In this document: positions 1 to 12,742 of the stretch, piece after piece
How the letters are laid out: each line of letters opens with the position of its first letter
How positions within the stretch are numbered: the stretch's first letter is position 1
Assembly: GCA_002245135.1 (NCBI GenBank)
Contig: NGBS01000309.1
Span: 62,001-109,903 of the forward strand
Length of the DNA: 47,903 nt
Origin: Proteromonas lacertae
Taxonomy: Eukaryota
Direction: 5' to 3'
Notes under the pieces: generated by a model
What the model saw: the letters and a program-made list of their open reading frames with translations, nothing else
Told to the model about the DNA's origin: nothing
The model's database searches: none
Translations under genes and position numbers: made by a program

Positions 1-2994
1 CAGGAATAATGAATTTCTCATTCTTGTGGCAATCTTCACAGAAATATAATTGTGTATATTCACAACATCTATAATTGGATTTTAATAAACCATAAGAGAG
101 AAGTGAATTACAATCAGCACATCTATATTCCTGTAAAGCTAATCTTGCATCAGGTGACATGATTGAAAGATCTTTTACTTCAGTTACTAATGATAAATGA
201 AGACCACCAGACTATAAATAGATAAATAGATAATTATTATATATACAGCCATTTTTCTACATCCACCAAATAAGACAGGTTTTCCTCTTAAGAATGAACC
301 GAATGGATCAGCATCAACATCTTCAGGACATTCCATCATTCCATTATCTCTTAATTGCAACAACTATTTATAAAATAAAATAAAATAAAATAATACTCTA
401 TTCAAATATAATTCTAAATCACTTCTCTTTTGTTCAATATATCTTGGATTGAATGATCTTCCCCATGTTGCTTGAGGTAATGGAGGTAATTGAACTTCAG
501 GATATTCAATCTGTAATAATTGATGAAGTGCTTTGAATCTACCATATCTTCTCATTACTTTCCATTTCTCATGTTTCTGTTCATTCTTATATTTGTATGA
601 TCTTTCTATTGATACTTCATATTCAACATGCTTTGTTGGTTCAGGAACAATCTATTAATAAATAAATAAACTATTACAATAGAAATATATATACTTGTGC
701 TGCTGTAATTTGAATGATCAAATTACCTGAAATACCTCTAGATAGATTCTCAGCATAATAATCACTCATTTTATCACTATTAAGTGATTTTGGTGAAGTT
801 ATTTTAGAATCAAATGAAGAATCAAGTGTTAATGTCTTCTTTATTCCTTCAATACTCTTTTTCAATTTCTCTCTCTCCTGATCATAAGCTACACTTCCTG
901 TTCTGGATGATCTTGTTGTCTTTGTTGCTATAGAAACAGCTGTAGTGTGATGACTATTCAAACTCTTCTATAAAAATAAAAAATAATATTATATATAAAA
1001 AAATGAAATTTATATTCATACTCCTCCACTTGAAGTAACAGATTGTTTTTCCAATTTCTTTATTGATTCTTTCAATCTCTTCCTTTCTTCAATAAATGCC
1101 AAATCTTCTCTCTCTTTCTGTCTTTCTTCTAAGAACTTCTCATAACTGTTATTTCTTCTTCTACTACCACTGTTGTTACTTGAATTTGATTGTATTTTCT
1201 GTAGTGGAGAAGTATCATTCTTTTCTGGAGTTAGTAAACCAATACCAGGATCAGTAGTTCTTGCCATTTGCTGTATATCACTTTGAGTCCAATTGAATCC
1301 TATTGGAGCATCCCATTGACTTTCACCTGTAAATTTATTTACATAATATGTTCTATTATCAGCAATATCTTCATATTTCTCCCATTCTTGAACTGCTTGC
1401 TCATGTTGTTGAGTTAATTGCATTATTCTTTCTTTTAATAACTCTAATAATAATAATAATAATATATATATATATATACGTTCTTCTGACTTGATTGGTG
1501 ATAAAGATACTCTTGAACTTCTTTCTTCAGTTTGAGTTGGTGGAATATATTCATATTGTTCACCTGGTGTGATTTTACTGATTTCCTCTAAGTTGTCTGG
1601 TTTTTCTAAGTCACTGTCACTGTCATCGACCATTGGAGTTTCTTCTTCTTCTTCTCCACCTTCTTCTTCATTCTCTTTTCCATCTTTTGGCTTTGTTTCT
1701 GTTGTTTCTGTTGATATTTCAGTAATTTCATTAGTATTTCCTACACTTGCAGCTGTTGTTAATTGTGGAGGTAAAGAATCTGCAGAGATTGCTGGCTCAT
1801 TTCTTACTTCAAGACTTTCATTCTCATTTGTACCAGTAGTAGTAGTTGTTGTTGTTGTACCAGTTGCTGTTGTTTCTTCATCATTAGCCTTCTTCTTTCC
1901 TTTCTTTGGTTTCTTCTTCTTTATCATCTTCTTCTTTCTAATAACATTAATAGGTTCAACAATATCAGTATCATTCACATCAAATGGTAAATTATTTGTA
2001 CTATCTTCAAGAATTATATTCAATTCATTCTCATCAACATTGTTATTCACAGCTTCAATTGAGCCATCTGATCTTCTTCTTTCATTGTTATTATTACCAT
2101 TATCATCATCATAATTGTTATTGTTATTGTTATTCTTATCTGCTGTTACATCATCATCTAAATTGGGTAATACAATTGGCGCAAAGGAAGAAGGACGATG
2201 AAAAGGTTGTGATATTTTAGTTGCTTCTAAAATTGGATCAATTAATCCAATACTCTATAAATATATAAAAAATGTGTTAATATACAGGTAACCTACTAGT
2301 AATATTGTTAATCAATAATCTTGGATGAATTGTCAAGTATAAATAAGAAAATTCTGGTGGTAAAACCAACATATCATTTAGATAGTTTTTGTTGATATCA
2401 ATGTCGAATTTTACATCTTTTAATGTGGTTACGATTGATGCAAATGTTCCTAAATCTTCTTCGTTCATTAACAAACTATTATTGATGTAGTTTGTAGATA
2501 GAGTGTCTTTTACTTCTTTGATGCTGTCAATCATTATACTTAATGATTTTTTGTTGAGTAATAAACGTATCAAAGCACGGATTTTAGATAAATCATTCTT
2601 AATATTTGCATTGGTTGATATATCTTTCAAACTGCTCTCCCAATTCTCGTTATTTATCTTTAAACATTGGAAAGAATACCATAAAGGAGTGAATTCTTCA
2701 TCAATACTCTATTTTATACATCATGATAAACAATATATATACATACCTTGTAACCAGCGAATAAACATCTTTCAATAGAACCCAATAACTCTGAAACAAG
2801 TTTCATATCTTCATTCATTGGATCTTCTAACTTCAGAATATACTCATTCTTCACAGTATCAACAGTTACCTTTAAATCTTTCAACAAAGATTTTCGAATA
2901 ATCCAATGATCTAAATACATAGAGAAGTACATCATATACCATTTTCATTGTTACTGTCTAACAGAAAATAGTCAGATAGAGTGATTTTGCTCAT
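1..2994 (-). CDS. Multi-exon RUN-WW-PX-Rubicon homology (RH/DUF4206) protein, PLEKHM1/Rubicon-like; 3' end runs off the window
   Basis: ATG at 2994 (MSKITLSDYF), with short GT-AG introns linking ORFs 2714-2935, 2277-2630, 1016-2050, 674-961 and 364-555. Motifs: RUN-like 'KIRALIRLLLNKKSL...Y.NNSLLMNEE', WW 'WEKYEDIADNRTYYVNKFTGESQWDAP', PX 'RRYGRFKALH...LPPLPQATW...YIEQKRSDLELYL'. The exon at 1-211 reads 'LQEYRCADC...YRCCEYTQLYFCEDCHKNEKFIIP', the RH-domain zinc signature. Confidence 0.85.
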
Positions 2995-3072
2995 TATATC
3001 TTCAATACTTCTTTTCGTAACCCAATTTTATTTTTTCGGTTAACCAGGTTTTTTAAACTTCATTTTCTATAT
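2995..3072. promoter_or_regulatory. Compact bidirectional promoter with TAACC(C) motifs
   Basis: 78-bp spacer between divergent start codons. The TAACCC...TAACC arrangement recurs upstream of the paralogs at 4054 and 5254. Confidence 0.4.
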
Positions 3073-3858
3073 ATGGGTGCATTATTTTCCTCAACTGAGA
3101 AGAAAAAATCGTATAATAGAAGAAGTAGCTCTTCATCAAACACTGCAGCTTCAAACAACAGAAGGACAACTAGTAAATCTGTTAGAAATACAAATAAAAC
3201 CATACGGAATAGGAATATAAAATCTTTATTAGACACTTATAGTTTGGCTCAACTAGTGAATAATCCTGTAGATATTCCGTTAATAAATGCTCAAGTAGCG
3301 AAAAATGCTAAAAAGATGAAAAGTAAATTAAAACAAGAAATGTCTAAGAATATCAAATTTTCATCAAGATATAGACATAAAAATATACAAATAAGTAGGA
3401 GTGGAAGAAAAGCTACTTGTTTAAATCCGAGTGTATCAAATCCACATTGTTATATTAATAAAAAATTAGAAGAAGGAAAAGTGTATCATATAGTATATTT
3501 AATGACATTTGCTTTTACACCAGTATTTGGAATAGGTGGTAGTACCAATAATAATTATTCAGGTGAAGATTTAGCTTCTGATAATTCTTCTTGCTGTATC
3601 TATATTGGTGGTTCAGAATCTAGATTATTAGGTGGAAATGGAACGAAAGTAATTTACAGCAAATTTAACAGTATAATAGCTCAAAACAATAGTAGATATG
3701 AAATAATATATGATATGATAAATAATACCGTAAGTATAAGCCAAGATAAAAATGAAAGTATGTTGTTGTTTAGAAGTGTGAGTAATCCATTATATCCGTT
3801 TATATGTTTGAGTAATGGAGGGAATAGATTTGAAATAGTGAATTATTGGGAAGAATAG
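3073..3858 (+). CDS. Predicted N-myristoylated protein with C-terminal SPRY/B30.2-like beta domain (paralog 1)
   Basis: Intronless 261-aa ORF. MGxxxS myristoylation consensus and a basic Ser/Thr-rich linker. The C-terminal ~170 aa align with 4054-5052 ('I.IS.SG.KATCL...NPHCY.N...LYPF.CL.N.GN.FEIV.YWEE'); 'LYPF.C' near the end is typical of SPRY-like domains. Confidence 0.75.
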   Translation: MGALFSSTEKKKSYNRRSSSSSNTAASNNRRTTSKSVRNTNKTIRNRNIKSLLDTYSLAQLVNNPVDIPLINAQVAKNAKKMKSKLKQEMSKNIKFSSRYRHKNIQISRSGRKATCLNPSVSNPHCYINKKLEEGKVYHIVYLMTFAFTPVFGIGGSTNNNYSGEDLASDNSSCCIYIGGSESRLLGGNGTKVIYSKFNSIIAQNNSRYEIIYDMINNTVSISQDKNESMLLFRSVSNPLYPFICLSNGGNRFEIVNYWEE

Positions 3859-4053
3859 AGAAAATTTGATAAATTCATTAAATGTAATAATTTTATTTAA
3901 TTTTATTAGTTTAATTATCTTACAGGATATGGTGTAATGTTTGGCTGATATTATAAAGAAGATTTGATGATTATTTTGTTTTTATTGTTTTTTGATAACC
4001 CATTTTCAATATTTTTGATTAACCCCAAAATCTTAAAACTGCTTTTTCTCTAA

Positions 4054-5052
4054 ATGGGAATTCTATTTTCATCATGTGAGAGGAAAAAATCATATAAAAG
4101 GAGAAGAACTACACCATCAAATGCTTCAACAGCAACTAATCAGAGAAAGAGTTATACATCCTTGAACACTACTGATAACACCACACGAAGAAGAACTACT
4201 GCATCAGTTAGAAATAATAATAATAATACTGTAAGAAAGAGAAATATGAAATCATTTTTTAAATCTTGTAAAACAACTCAATTAGCAAATAATTCATCGA
4301 ATGTTCAATCCACTTATTTTTCTGCAAATCGATCATTACCTACTAATCCTAGCAATCCAACAATCACTTCATTTTATACCCCAATAACAACTAGTACGAA
4401 AACAATACCAGCGGTTATTAATAATTTAGATAATGATGAAGATTACACAGATCTAATATTAAAAAGCCAAGAACAAACAATCGCTATACACAAAGATGAA
4501 ATTGAAATGTTAAAGAAAAAATTAAAAGTAGAACAATTTAAGAATATATCATTTACAGCCAAATATAAACATAAATATATAGAAATAACAGGAAGTGGTA
4601 AAAGAGCAACTTGTTTAGAAAATAGTATGTGCAATCCACATTGTTATATGAATATAAAAATGGAACAAGGAAGTATTCATCATTTCATATTGTTTATGTC
4701 ATTTTATATAAGACCATTTTTCGTAATAGGTGCTACAACTAATGATCATTATGTAGGTGATAGTTTGAATAAGGATTATACATCATGTGATATAACTATT
4801 TGGGATGAACATTCAATCTTGTTAGGAGGAAATGGAAATAAAATTATAAACCAATCATTTAATAGTATAACGGCTCAAAATAATAATAGATATGAGATAG
4901 TGTTTGATATGATCCACAAGACTATGAGTATTAAACAAGAGAATAAAGAATTTGTGTATTTGTTTAGAAATGTGAATGCTCCTTTGTATCCATTTGTATG
5001 TTTGACAAATAAAGGAAATTCATTTGAAATTGTTGACTATTGGGAAGAATAA
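4054..5052 (+). CDS. Predicted myristoylated/palmitoylated protein with SPRY/B30.2-like domain (paralog 2)
   Basis: Intronless 332-aa ORF starting MGILFSSC, with a short coiled coil (QEQTIAIHKDEIEMLKKKLK) before the domain shared with paralog 1. Confidence 0.75.
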   Translation: MGILFSSCERKKSYKRRRTTPSNASTATNQRKSYTSLNTTDNTTRRRTTASVRNNNNNTVRKRNMKSFFKSCKTTQLANNSSNVQSTYFSANRSLPTNPSNPTITSFYTPITTSTKTIPAVINNLDNDEDYTDLILKSQEQTIAIHKDEIEMLKKKLKVEQFKNISFTAKYKHKYIEITGSGKRATCLENSMCNPHCYMNIKMEQGSIHHFILFMSFYIRPFFVIGATTNDHYVGDSLNKDYTSCDITIWDEHSILLGGNGNKIINQSFNSITAQNNNRYEIVFDMIHKTMSIKQENKEFVYLFRNVNAPLYPFVCLTNKGNSFEIVDYWEE

Positions 5053-5253
5053 GGTGTTTGATTATTTAATTGTAGATAGTATCTTAATTTTATTCTTTAA
5101 TTGTTATAAAATGTTATATATAATATGGTAAGCATATTTTATAAACTTATTTAAAGAAAATAAGCGATATATTTTACAGAAACATAATTACTTTTCGATG
5201 CCCAATTTTAATAATTTTCATTAACCAAAATTTTAAAATAACACTTTCTTTTG

Positions 5254-5838
5254 ATGGGAATATTATGTTGTTGTTGTCATAGCGAAAAATCATATTACAC
5301 AAGAGAAACTTCAAGATCAAAAACATACACTTCAAAAAGACGAAGGAGGAGAAGCAAATCAACCAATAATGACAATAAGCCTAAGCCTAAACCTAAAACA
5401 AGACAAAGAAAAGCATCAGTAAAAAATGAAACTACTAAGAGAAAGAGAAAAGTAAAATCATTTTTAGATTCTTTCAGTTTGTCAGATTTGATGAATAATT
5501 TAAATGAATATCCGTCTAGTAGTTCAACAACTTATAGTTTATTATCGGATGATACAAAGAAACCAATATTTAAACCTTCATATACTCCAATAACCACTAA
5601 AACAAATACAACTAAACATAGAAGAACTAGTACATCAGTAAGAGATAGTATAACAAAGCATAAAGTAAATCCTCCAAAAATAAAAGAAGATTTCAAAGCT
5701 TATAAATTAAAAACTCAAGAACAAACAATCACAGAATATGAAAATGAAATTGATAGACTAAAAAGAAAATTAAAAGCTGAAGAGCTGAAAAGTTATGAGA
5801 TAGATTTAAATAATGTAATTAATGTAAAAGAAGAATAG
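5254..5838 (+). CDS. Truncated third paralog (acylation signal and coiled coil, no SPRY-like domain)
   Basis: Starts MGILCCCC. Shares 'KSFL', 'YTPITT.T' and 'LKTQEQTI.....EI..LK.KLK.E' with paralog 2 but ends ~15 aa after the coiled coil. Confidence 0.65.
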   Translation: MGILCCCCHSEKSYYTRETSRSKTYTSKRRRRRSKSTNNDNKPKPKPKTRQRKASVKNETTKRKRKVKSFLDSFSLSDLMNNLNEYPSSSSTTYSLLSDDTKKPIFKPSYTPITTKTNTTKHRRTSTSVRDSITKHKVNPPKIKEDFKAYKLKTQEQTITEYENEIDRLKRKLKAEELKSYEIDLNNVINVKEE

Positions 5839-5930
5839 TATAGTATTAATAATTAGTTTTATTTAATCGATAATCATAAAATACATATTTAATAACATTA
5901 TGAAACTCATTAAACATATAAATTCATAAA

Positions 5931-7345
5931 TTATAAAATTGTACAACCACAACAACAAGTATCAGGATAGTTTGGACTGAATATCTCTTTATTAGTTCCA
6001 TAACAGAAGATATCATAGTTATATTGAGTTTTGATATGAACTACTGGAATCATTCGAATCTTTATCTTTTGACCTAATAATCTCACTTTCTTTCTCATTA
6101 TATTATCATCGATTTTATCAATCATTTCATTCGCTGTATTGTTTATTATTATGTGATTTGACCAAGTAAATTTTTGAAGTTTCGCATCTTTTACATTCAA
6201 TAACACTATTCCTTCAGCTTCTTTGATTTTTTCTTCATCTAAATTTGTTTCATCTATCACTCTATTAGCTCTTTCATTATGAAATATTACTTTCAATTCC
6301 ATATACTGAATTAACCTTCCACTTCCATTACAACTTTTACATACATTAATTCCACTTCCTTTACATGTATTGCATCTATTTTCAGTAAATATAATAATAA
6401 TAATAATAATAATAATACACTATTTTTTTACTTCCCATGCATGTTCTACATATGTTTGGCGGTGGTGGATATGGATTATAAGGAGGTGGAGGTGGAGGAG
6501 GATAAGGATTATAACCACCACCATGAGGTGGAGGTGGAGGTGGAGGTGGATAAGGATTATAAGGATTATAACCACCATGCGGACTAGGGTTTGGATGATT
6601 ACCTATATTGGAAAATTAAAAAAAAAGAATTAAAGAATATTTTTATAATTTCAGATATAAAAATGATATTAAACAAAATGGACATGGTTTATATCCATTT
6701 CTACAATCTCTACATACTAATCTTCCATTACCATTGCATTTGGAACATATTTGAACTGATTCTGTGTGTGGAACTATCATATCAATTGTTGTTTCTGTAA
6801 ATATTGGCGGATATTGTATTGGATATGTAGCTGGATTTGGAGGCTGTCCTTGAGTCATATCATCTACATATCCTCCATTATAACTTCTGGTTTTATAACA
6901 TACCTCCCTTCCTTCTGTATAACTAACAATTTCAACGTGATAGGAGTTTTCATGCTGAAATCTTTTAACTACTATTCCTTCACTTTTAGCACTTCCCCAA
7001 CAACAGTTGTTATTAACATATGCCTTAAAGAGAGAAATAACTTCACTTTCAAGTATTTCATCAGAATCATGAACTACTGGATTTGTATGAGCATAATTGG
7101 CTTTACTAGATTTTAGCAACTTATTATAAGCAGGATCCTAAATAGTTAGTGTAATACAAATATACACATTCACCACTTAATGTTACTGCTTCATAAGATG
7201 GTGTTTTATCCTCATCTGCATTATTTTCAGGTGTTTGTTCACCTAAATCAACAGTATTGTCTAAATCAACTTCACTCTATTTAGGAATTAATCTTGATAT
7301 TATATGTACATCATCTAAACTTATCAAATTCTCATTTAAACTCAT
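5931..7345 (-). CDS. SSUH2: SSUH2-like protein (DnaJ-type CxxCxGxG zinc-finger repeats)
   Basis: ATG at 7345 with four short introns. Motifs 'CCWGS', 'VPHTESVQICSKCNGNGRLVCRDC', 'CNTCKGSG...CKSCNGSGRL' and C-terminal 'YPDTCCCGCTIL' match SSUH2 family features. A Pro/Tyr-rich insert lies at ~6460-6600. Confidence 0.8.
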
Positions 7346-7504
7346 TTCTATCAACCAAAATGTAAAATTTGATTTTGAATCCTGAAACGGCTATAATGAA
7401 ATCGAGGCTTTATTAAATAGGAAATTCATTATATTTCAAAAATTTCATTACAATTAACAATTAACAAACAAACAATCGACAATAAAACAATATTTAGTCT
7501 ATTC

Positions 7505-10500
7505 CTATTCCTTTACTACATTAAAGACAATATTAACAGTGTTTCTGTTTTTAATCATTTGACTGAATTTTTCATTATAATCAACGCCATTGCCTTCACT
7601 ATCACTATCATCATCTTCTTCATCATCATTATTTCTATTAAATCTTCCTCTCTTATAACTGTTATAATAACTCTCATCATTCTCTCTTTTTCTTTTGTTT
7701 TGTTCTTCATTTAAACTTCTTACAATTGAATCAGGGATAATTGCTCTTTTAGCTGGAATTAATTCTCTATTATCTATTTTTTCATAGATTTTATTACTCA
7801 TTTTCTTTTTGTTTTTAACTGAATTATTGACTACTGTATCAAATAATACATCACCATTTATATCTTCTTCATTTATCAATAAATCAAACATATTCTCACT
7901 CTTATATCTTTCTAATAACTTCATATATGTATCTTCCAAGGTTTTTTCATTTTCTGTATTGTATAAATACTTACATATTGTTTGATAGAATATGTTATGT
8001 TGATCTAATTTATAACCAGAATCTAATAATATCTTCAATGATTCATAACCTTTCATTGTAGCATTTAACACAATCTTAAACTCTTTATCTTCACTATATA
8101 TCCTCAATAATTCATCTTTTGGATAAGAATTGATTTTATTCTTAATATAATCTTCATTTTGTGTATTCATTTGATATATTGCTAATATATGTTCATATTT
8201 CATCAAACTACCATAATTATTGAATAATAACAATTCTAAACATTCATAACTCTTAGATCTAATACATATATTAATTGAATGGTCAATAATATATTCAAAA
8301 GAATTCTCCTTCTTTTCTTTTTCTATTTCTTCTTTAGTCTTATCATCTTTCTTTTGCTCATCATTATTCTCTTCTTCTTCCATCTTATTTTTCTCATCTT
8401 TTTCTTTTTCTTCTTTATTTCCTATGATGTATTTACCACTTAATAACAATTCTTTCAACATCTCTGGTCTGTTATATTTACAGATTGCATATAATAGGTT
8501 CTTATTGTATTTATTATCAAACTGTTCAGATAGTTTATTCAATAAATCAAACTTCATCCATTCTTCTTTATCTGGATTATGTTTCTCACAATATTCTTGA
8601 AGTAATTTCTTTGGTTCATCACTTAATAAAAAGTATAATACTTCAAATTGATTAGTCTTAATTGCAGCTGTTGCAATGTGAGTTATGTGATTAGTATAAT
8701 CTGGATTATCAGGTGAAGGATCTAAACGATAAAAGATAAATACTTAAATAAAAAATATACATATTAATTTATAAGCACCACCATGATACTCTAACAAATA
8801 TTTCACCATATCAACACCTTTACAAACGGCAATATCCATCAACTTATTCTGAGATGAACTATACATATTACATATATTGAAACAAGTAATTTTCAATTTT
8901 GTTTCTATTTCATTTTCTGGAGTATTTTCTTTAATTAATGCCTTTCTACCATAATCTTTAATCATATCAACAAATTTGATAAAGTCACTATTTGATAGAT
9001 ACAACATAGCACATTGAACAGCATCATTTGGGAAAATATATTTGTCATAATAACTATTAATAGAATCTCCTTCATTTTCAGTTATTTTTATAGTCTTATC
9101 GAATGTTGATAATAGATAATTATTTGATATGAAGTTTATAGGAGATAATAATGATATAATATCTTCTATATTTTGATGTTGATCAACCACTTTCTTATTA
9201 TTGTTATTTATACCAATTGAATCAAATACATTTCCATTAAGAATATCAAAATTATTAATCTTATATCCACTTCCCTTTTTGTTCTTTTCATCTACTTTCT
9301 TCAATGGTGTATACTGTTTTAAACATACTTCTAATATCACTGATATTAATTTCATATCTCCAACATATAATGCTAATGTAAGCGGTGTAAAGCCAAATGA
9401 ATCTTTACATCCTATTAACAATGATTTTGAATTATTAACGGTATTTGTTAAGTGTAATACTGTATTTATATCTTTTCTCCAAATAGCTTCATACAATCTT
9501 TCATACTCTGGTTGTTGTGATGTTGGTATTGCCACTGTATTATCACCATAATAAGATGAAACTTTGGTGTTAATCAATCCAAAAGAATACTTTTCATGAT
9601 ATCTGTTAGTATAACCACCATATCCTAAACAAGATTGATTATTCCTACTATTTTCATTTTCTAACCTTTGATATGTATTTTTGTTGAATGCATTATTATC
9701 TTTTAGATATTTCATTAGGAATTCTGATCCATTCACCTTTTCTTTATTTTTACTATCGTTTTTATTTGGTAAATTATCTTCATATTTCTTTATTTTATTT
9801 TCTTCTATTTCTATTTGTTCTTTTTCCATTCTAGTATAATTTTCCCATATATAGTATTTATAAGAATCTTTTGGATTTAAACTCAATTTGTTTAATTCAT
9901 CTTTTGATATTTCTCCTACATGATATCCACTAGCAACTGAACTTTTACTTCCATTCTTATTCTTTTTGTAGTTTTCAATATTCTGCAACATATTTCTTAA
10001 CAATCTCTCATATTCACTTCCAATAGTTTCAATTTCATTCCAATTAATGAGATTCTTACCATTTACATATTCTAACATCTCTTTAATCTTATCAAATTTC
10101 TCTTTTTCTTGAATCATATTCATACGTTGTAGTAATACAGAAATTGGATGAACAAAATTCTTCAATCCATAAGATCTAGTATATGATGACCCAATTTTCA
10201 ATAAACTAGAATAAAAATATATATATAATTATTATTATACAATTGATTTATTTCATCAATATCTTTTTGATTAAGCATCATTTTCCCACCATTATCAATC
10301 AATAATTTAAATAATTCAACATTATATGCATTAATTGCCATTATTGCTGGAACACTTTTATAATTACCTTTCATCAAATTAACTAGTTTCTTACAGTTAG
10401 GATCATATTGTAAAAATAATCTAAATATATAATATTAAATTAAACCTATACTTTGTTAATTCATAACTGCAATAATTATCCATATTGTATAAGAAGAAAG

Positions 10501-12642
10501 AAGCACATTTAAATCCATTTTGAACAAACAATTCAAATATTTTTGTTGCTTTATCTGGAACATATTCAAATGTAGTTGTTAGCCAAAATATTATTGATTC
10601 CTAATAATATATTGGTTATTAGATATACAGCTTCATTACCACTATAATAGTTGTTTTCAGGATTTGCACTTTTCATTAATGTAACTGGAACACCATATTG
10701 TAATAACAATTGAACACACTCAACTCTACCGAATATAATTGCATATTCTATTGCAGATAATTGAAAGTTTTTATCCACTATTGTTAAATCATATCTTCTT
10801 TTAGAAAACTCTTTGTCATCTATATTCAATTTTGAATTATATTCTAATAACATCTTCAAAAACTCAATATGACTATTAACATATAAAATAAACAAATGAA
10901 TAACAATAATGATATATATATATATATGCAATACTTATAACAACAAGCAATATGAAATGCTGATCTTCCATCTCTTAAACTTAAATGAATATTCACATTA
11001 TGATCCAACAATATCTTCAACACATCACAATTACCATTAAAAGAATTAATAATCAAACAACTTCTACCTAATACGTCTTCCTTATTAATATCATAATCTT
11101 TATGATCTTCTAAAAACTTGTTTATTCCTTCAATATCACCTTCATTACATAATAACATAAAATCATGAGTTATTTCATTTATATAAGCACCATCAGTCCA
11201 ATCTCCTTCAGTAATTGGATGAAATGAACCAATACTTTGACATCCTGGATTATCTACTACGAAATGAATATCACCAACTACATATTTATCTTTTAAATCA
11301 TTCTTCTCCTCTTCAGGCCATTCTGGACATTTACCACATTGATCTAAAAATACTTCTTCGATTATTTTACCTACAAAACATGGATGAGTATGATAATCTT
11401 TCTTATTGTCATGATTAAACCATTCTGAATTAACTAAGAAATCTTTTATCTTTAAGGAGTTGGCTATTTTCTTAGCAGTCCATTCAGGTCCCCAAGGGAA
11501 GAATACTGTTGAATAATCACTAATTCTTTCACCAAATAGATTCTTTTTCATCCTTGGGTTATTGAAAATTTTGGTTTGTTGGCTTGTTAATGGTTTGCCA
11601 CTACTCATTATTTTACGAATTAAATAATTGTATCTTTCATCTATACAAATGATAACATATATATACTTGGATCTTTATATCTTTCTAACACCAACAATCT
11701 ACTTAATCCTTGTATTTCTTCAAATCCTTTTTCATAGATTAAAGGATCAATCTTTTCACGATTCAATTCTGAGTATAACACTTCATATCCTCTATCTGCA
11801 TATTTAGCTAATCGACTTTCATAAGTAGGTGATCTTCTACTCATATCAATTGTATTGTATTGTGATACAATAGCATGATGTGAACGTGGTAAACAATAAA
11901 CACCATTTCCATCATAATAAACTGCACAACTATCAATATCAAAACCCATTATTACCTCTGGAGCTGATTTGTAGAGTCTTAATATGATTTGGATGTTAAT
12001 AAATGGATATTGATTTACGATTGTGATTGAATGGGCAGTTCTAACATATCTTACTGGATATAAGCAATTACCAGAGATACAGTGGGCTATTTCACTCATT
12101 TTTTCTCTATTTATAATATATATAATAATATACTTGGCTTTTTCTTCATCTAAACCATAAATGAATAAATCTACATCAATTCCTCCATATTTTGTATCAT
12201 GAAAGTATTTTCTTTTATCTTTCTTTGTTTTGTATTCTTCAGGAACTGGTAATAAACAAGCACTAACACATCCACCTGCAGCTATAACGTTACTCCAAGC
12301 GAAATCATCAAACATGCCTTCTGTCAATATGTTGAAGTTAGAAACAAATGTATCATGATCATTTACTGATATATGTTCAGCTTCAGCTCTTTTTTCTAAG
12401 GTGAACAATTTTGGCTCATTTGCTTCTTCTGGAAATAATTGACGGTATTTGAAAAATTCTAAGTTGTCAAATACTGGAATAGCCATGTTTTCTGGATGAG
12501 TTAGACACTCATTATCAGGATCTGTATCTGGTTGAGCAAATACTTCTCTGTAATGGTTCTCCTTGTCCATATACTCTTTCAAAATGTTTTTGTGAGTAGT
12601 ATAGTCGTTAGCTGTAGAAATGGATGAAAGATATTTATTCAT
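7505..12642 (-). CDS. Large multi-exon ankyrin-repeat protein with N-terminal nucleotidyltransferase-like domain
   Basis: ATG at 12642 (MNKYLSSI); ORFs 11641-12699, 10856-11608, 10566-10931, 8744-10201 and 7505-8557 join by GT-AG introns. NTase-like 'VIAAGGCV...IDVDLFIYG...FDID...RRSPTYESRLAKY'. Ankyrin motifs 'GRSAFHIACCY', 'LSAIEYAIIFGRVECVQLLL' and 'GFTPLTLAL'. Confidence 0.8.
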
Positions 12643-12742
12643 TTCAAATTTGAAATAATAGAAACGGGTTAATTTTCGATTATTGTTCAATTTTTTCATT
12701 TCTTCATAAAAACAATAAATTAATAATCTAAACTCAAAGAAT

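Noticed and set aside
1439..1480. Apparent hydrophobic/TM stretches such as 'IYIYILLLLLL' within ORFs (also ~12107-12133, ~25745-25787, ~40704-40739)
   Set aside because: These are stop-free, frame-preserving AT-rich GT-AG introns read through by the ORF finder, not membrane segments.
1569..2220. Plus-strand ORFs 1569-2114 and 1984-2220 (hydrophobic, Ser/Phe-rich)
   Set aside because: Antisense shadows of the Glu/Lys/Thr-rich exon of the minus-strand gene. The same applies to 15614-15908, 21247-21768, 45392-45847 and similar short opposite-strand ORFs.
6370..6633. Trp/Arg-rich ORF resembling an antimicrobial peptide
   Set aside because: It is the reverse complement of the Pro/Tyr-rich exon and flanking introns of SSUH2.
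7463..7470. TGTTTGTT motif (minus strand) downstream of the ankyrin gene, suggesting Blastocystis-type polyadenylation-created stop codons
   Set aside because: This gene has an encoded TAG ~35 nt upstream, and all complete genes here have genomic stops. The motif is at most a weak taxonomic hint.
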